NCBI GenBank assembly: GCA_009914755.4
Contig: CP068257.2
Location: forward strand, 30,592,001-30,656,000
Reading direction: 5' to 3'
Source of the DNA: the human T2T-CHM13v2.0 reference genome, Homo sapiens
DNA: 64,000 bases
The position numbers were made by a program, and so were the translations under genes. This document shows, piece after piece, positions 61,040 through 64,000 of the stretch (the first letter of the stretch is position 1; each line of letters opens with the position of its first letter). The notes under the pieces were generated by a model. It saw only the letters and a program-made list of their open reading frames with translations, did not search any database and was not told the DNA's origin.

Positions 61040-62150
61040 TGTCCTATCCCCCACTTTCCCCATCTCAGGCTAGGCAGAAATGAAAACCGCAGGGAACAGG
61101 TGAGGTGGGAAAGAGCAGGGCCAGCCACAGCCCCTTCCCCACCTGAGGCAGGGAAGGCTAAGGCGGCCTATGTCCTACCTGGGGCAAAGGGAAAACAGTT
61201 CTCATCCTGTAGTGAAGATTGCCATGTTGATTAGTATCTTGGACTGACGCTACCATTTCTTCACTGGGATTCTGTTTGCAATGAAAGTGCCTACAGAATT
61301 GTCTATTCCCTAAGAGGACCTTAGAAGAACACAGAGAGCATGCACTAAAATTCTGCTCGTGTGGGGAGGGATTCTTTGCAAAGGTTTGTAGGAGAGAACC
61401 ATGAGGGATGGTACAGGAATCCAGGTTAAAAGCAATGAGGCCAACACCACCCCTCCCTCGACCTAGAGGGATGCTGGGCGAGGTTACCAGAAAGAAGGAG
61501 AGTTGCGAAGAGCAGACCACCTTGAGACAATCACCTTCCATCCAGGGTCACAGTCACCAGCTGGGGTGACCTCATAGGGAGGGAGGCAGGAGATTAAATT
61601 CTCTGACCTCGCTCTCTTCTGTCCCTCCAGTTTCCTGCTGGAACTCGCCATTGCCCATATCCAGCCAGAATCCACAGGGCACGTAGCATATTGATGTAAT
61701 CCATACAAGTTCACCATGGTCAAGAGCAGGGTGGAGCGTGAATGGGAAGGGATCCCACACACAGACTGCCCTTGTGCTCATCTAGGGCCACAGGGAAGGC
61801 GGTCGTCACCGAAGAAGGTCTAAGGGCGTAGCAGAAGGCAAAATGTGAAAGAGAGTTCCATTTTTATTATAACCTGCAGTCTTTTCTTGCACAACATATG
61901 GGTTACTTGAACTACCTGATTCAACCCTAATTTTTGGCTTGATTCGAAAGCTTTAGTGTAAATAACAAACAAATGCTCATCTAATTTATATCAATGGCTA
62001 GCACTAGAGGGGAGAGAGACAGAGCAAGAAAATATAACTGGGGGAGAGAAGGAAAAAGAGAAGAAACAAATGAGATCTTAATAATTTGGGAGAATTGTGG
62101 CCTTTTAAGAGTGCTCTGGCAATTGAGGAAAATCAGAAATTAATGGCTAT

Positions 62151-62442
<292 letters not shown>

Positions 62443-62599
62443 TTAATGGCTACAGAATGCAATCAAAGGCTATATTTTAATTTCATTCGCTTCCTTACAC
62501 TAACATGATGGGATGACAGGTAGCTGGAATCAGTGAGCTGGCTCCTTTAGTGCATAAAGAGTCGGCTGCAGCTGCATCTGAGGACCAGTTGATCCAATT

Positions 62600-63052
<453 letters not shown>

Positions 63053-63418
63053 TAATAGGTTTTAGCGTCTATGCCAAACATGTAAATCTCCCTTTTAACT
63101 AAAAGGGTATTTTCTAAACACAGCACAGACTAATCAGAAAGTGAGTTTTGTGACTTCTGAATCTGGAATAATATCAGAGATGCTTAAGATTACAAATCAA
63201 GTATTCTTGGAGAGATTCAAGAAACATCGTATCCATAGCTGAAGGATTGAAAGATAAAGGAATTCACAGAATATATAATCAAATAAGTAAGAAATGTAAA
63301 TGGCCAAAGAAAAGACAAGAGGCATAGGTCCAGGAGGTCCAACATCTGACTAATAGGTGGTTCAAATATACAGGGAACACAAAATAAAGAGAAAAAATCA
63401 TTAAAAAAAAATACAGTT

Positions 63419-63690
63419 GACTGAGCACAGTGGCTCATGCCTGTAATCCCAGCGCTTTGGGAGGCTGAGGTGCGTGGGTCATTTGAGGTCAAATGTTCGA
63501 GACCAGCCTGGCCAACCTGATGAAATCCAGTCTCTACTAAAAATACAAAAATTAGCTGGGCAGTAGTGACGCATGCCTGTAATCCCAGCTACTCAGGAGA
63601 CTGAGGCAGGAGAATCACTTAAGCCTAGGAGGCGGAGGCTGCAGTGAGCCAGGATCATGCCACTGCACTCCAGCCTGGGCGACAGAGTGT

Positions 63691-63725
<35 letters not shown>
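63419..63725 (+). mobile_element. Alu (plus) with a long poly(A) of about 40 nt.
   Basis: 'ctgagcacagtggctcatgcctgtaatcccagcgctttgggaggctgaggtgcgtgggtcatttgaggtcaaatgttcgagaccagcctggccaacctgatgaaatccagtctc...'. Confidence 0.9.
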
Positions 63726-63727
<2 letters not shown>

Positions 63728-63960
63728 AGAGAGAGAGAGAAAAGAAAGAAAAGAAAAGAAAAAGGAAGGAAGGAAGGCAGCAGGCAGGCAGGCAGACAGA
63801 CAGCAATTGTCACTGCACTCCAGCCTGGGCAACAGAGTGAGGCCCTGTCAAAAAAGAAAGAAAGAAAAGGAGAGAGAGAGAAAGGAAAGAAAGAAGGAAG
63901 AAAGGAAGGAGAGGAGATGGAAGGGGAGGGGAGGGAAGAGGAGAGGAAGAAGGGAGGGAA
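63716..63960. repeat. Compound purine-rich microsatellite (A)n-(GA)n-(GAAAA)n-(GGAA)n-(GGCA)n-(GACA)n ... (GAAA)n/(GGAA)n with an embedded Alu 3'-end fragment (about 63805-63850).
   Basis: 'aaaaagagagagagagagaaaagaaagaaaagaaaagaaaaaggaaggaaggaaggcagcaggcaggcaggcagacagacagcaattgtcactgcactccagcctgggcaacagagtgaggccctgtcaaaaaagaaagaaagaaaagg...'. Confidence 0.85.
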
Positions 63961-64000
63961 TGCAATTGCCCAGAGCTAAAAGATGAATCTTCAGATTGGA

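Noticed and set aside
61158-61781. Minus-strand ORFs of 127/92/69 aa in unique sequence downstream of a MaLR LTR.
   Set aside because: No recognisable similarity and no splice-site context. It was tempting as a 5'-flanking gene but is unsupported.

Overview
This window is primate (human-type) nuclear genomic DNA, not a prokaryotic or phage sequence. I found no operons, CRISPR arrays, tRNA/rRNA genes or defence-island-like systems. Roughly half or more of the window is interspersed repeats: more than 30 Alu copies, several LINE-1 fragments of different ages, five MaLR (THE1/MST-type) solo LTRs, one HERV9 LTR12, MIR remnants and several microsatellites.

Most ORFs in the six-frame track are artefacts of these repeats or of GC-rich DNA. 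Peptides such as '[18 protein letters not shown]' and '[20 protein letters not shown]' are typical translations of Alu sequence.

The one protein-coding gene I can support is on the minus strand. It has five exons with canonical GT/AG splice sites. Their conceptual translation (702 nt, 233 aa, [16 protein letters not shown]...SFATCKS) matches, from memory, human MIS18A (centromere/kinetochore licensing factor, chr21q22.11). Exon 1 lies in a CpG island at about 56.2-56.9 kb.

Other annotated features:
- A young L1PA-type LINE-1 3' portion (1-3975) with a 706-aa open ORF2 segment, itself interrupted by an Alu with a perfect 17-bp target-site duplication.
- A 1.67-kb HERV9 LTR12 solo LTR (42803-44468) about 1.4-2.2 kb beyond the MIS18A 3' end, in antisense orientation.
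- A tandem Alu pair sharing one target site.
- Long purine/pyrimidine and AT-rich palindromic microsatellites.

I found no evidence for a novel biological 'system' in the prokaryotic sense. The noteworthy content is the MIS18A locus architecture and its surrounding transposable-element landscape. All coordinates were read by eye and may be off by a few bp. Repeat subfamily calls are approximate. No database search was run.
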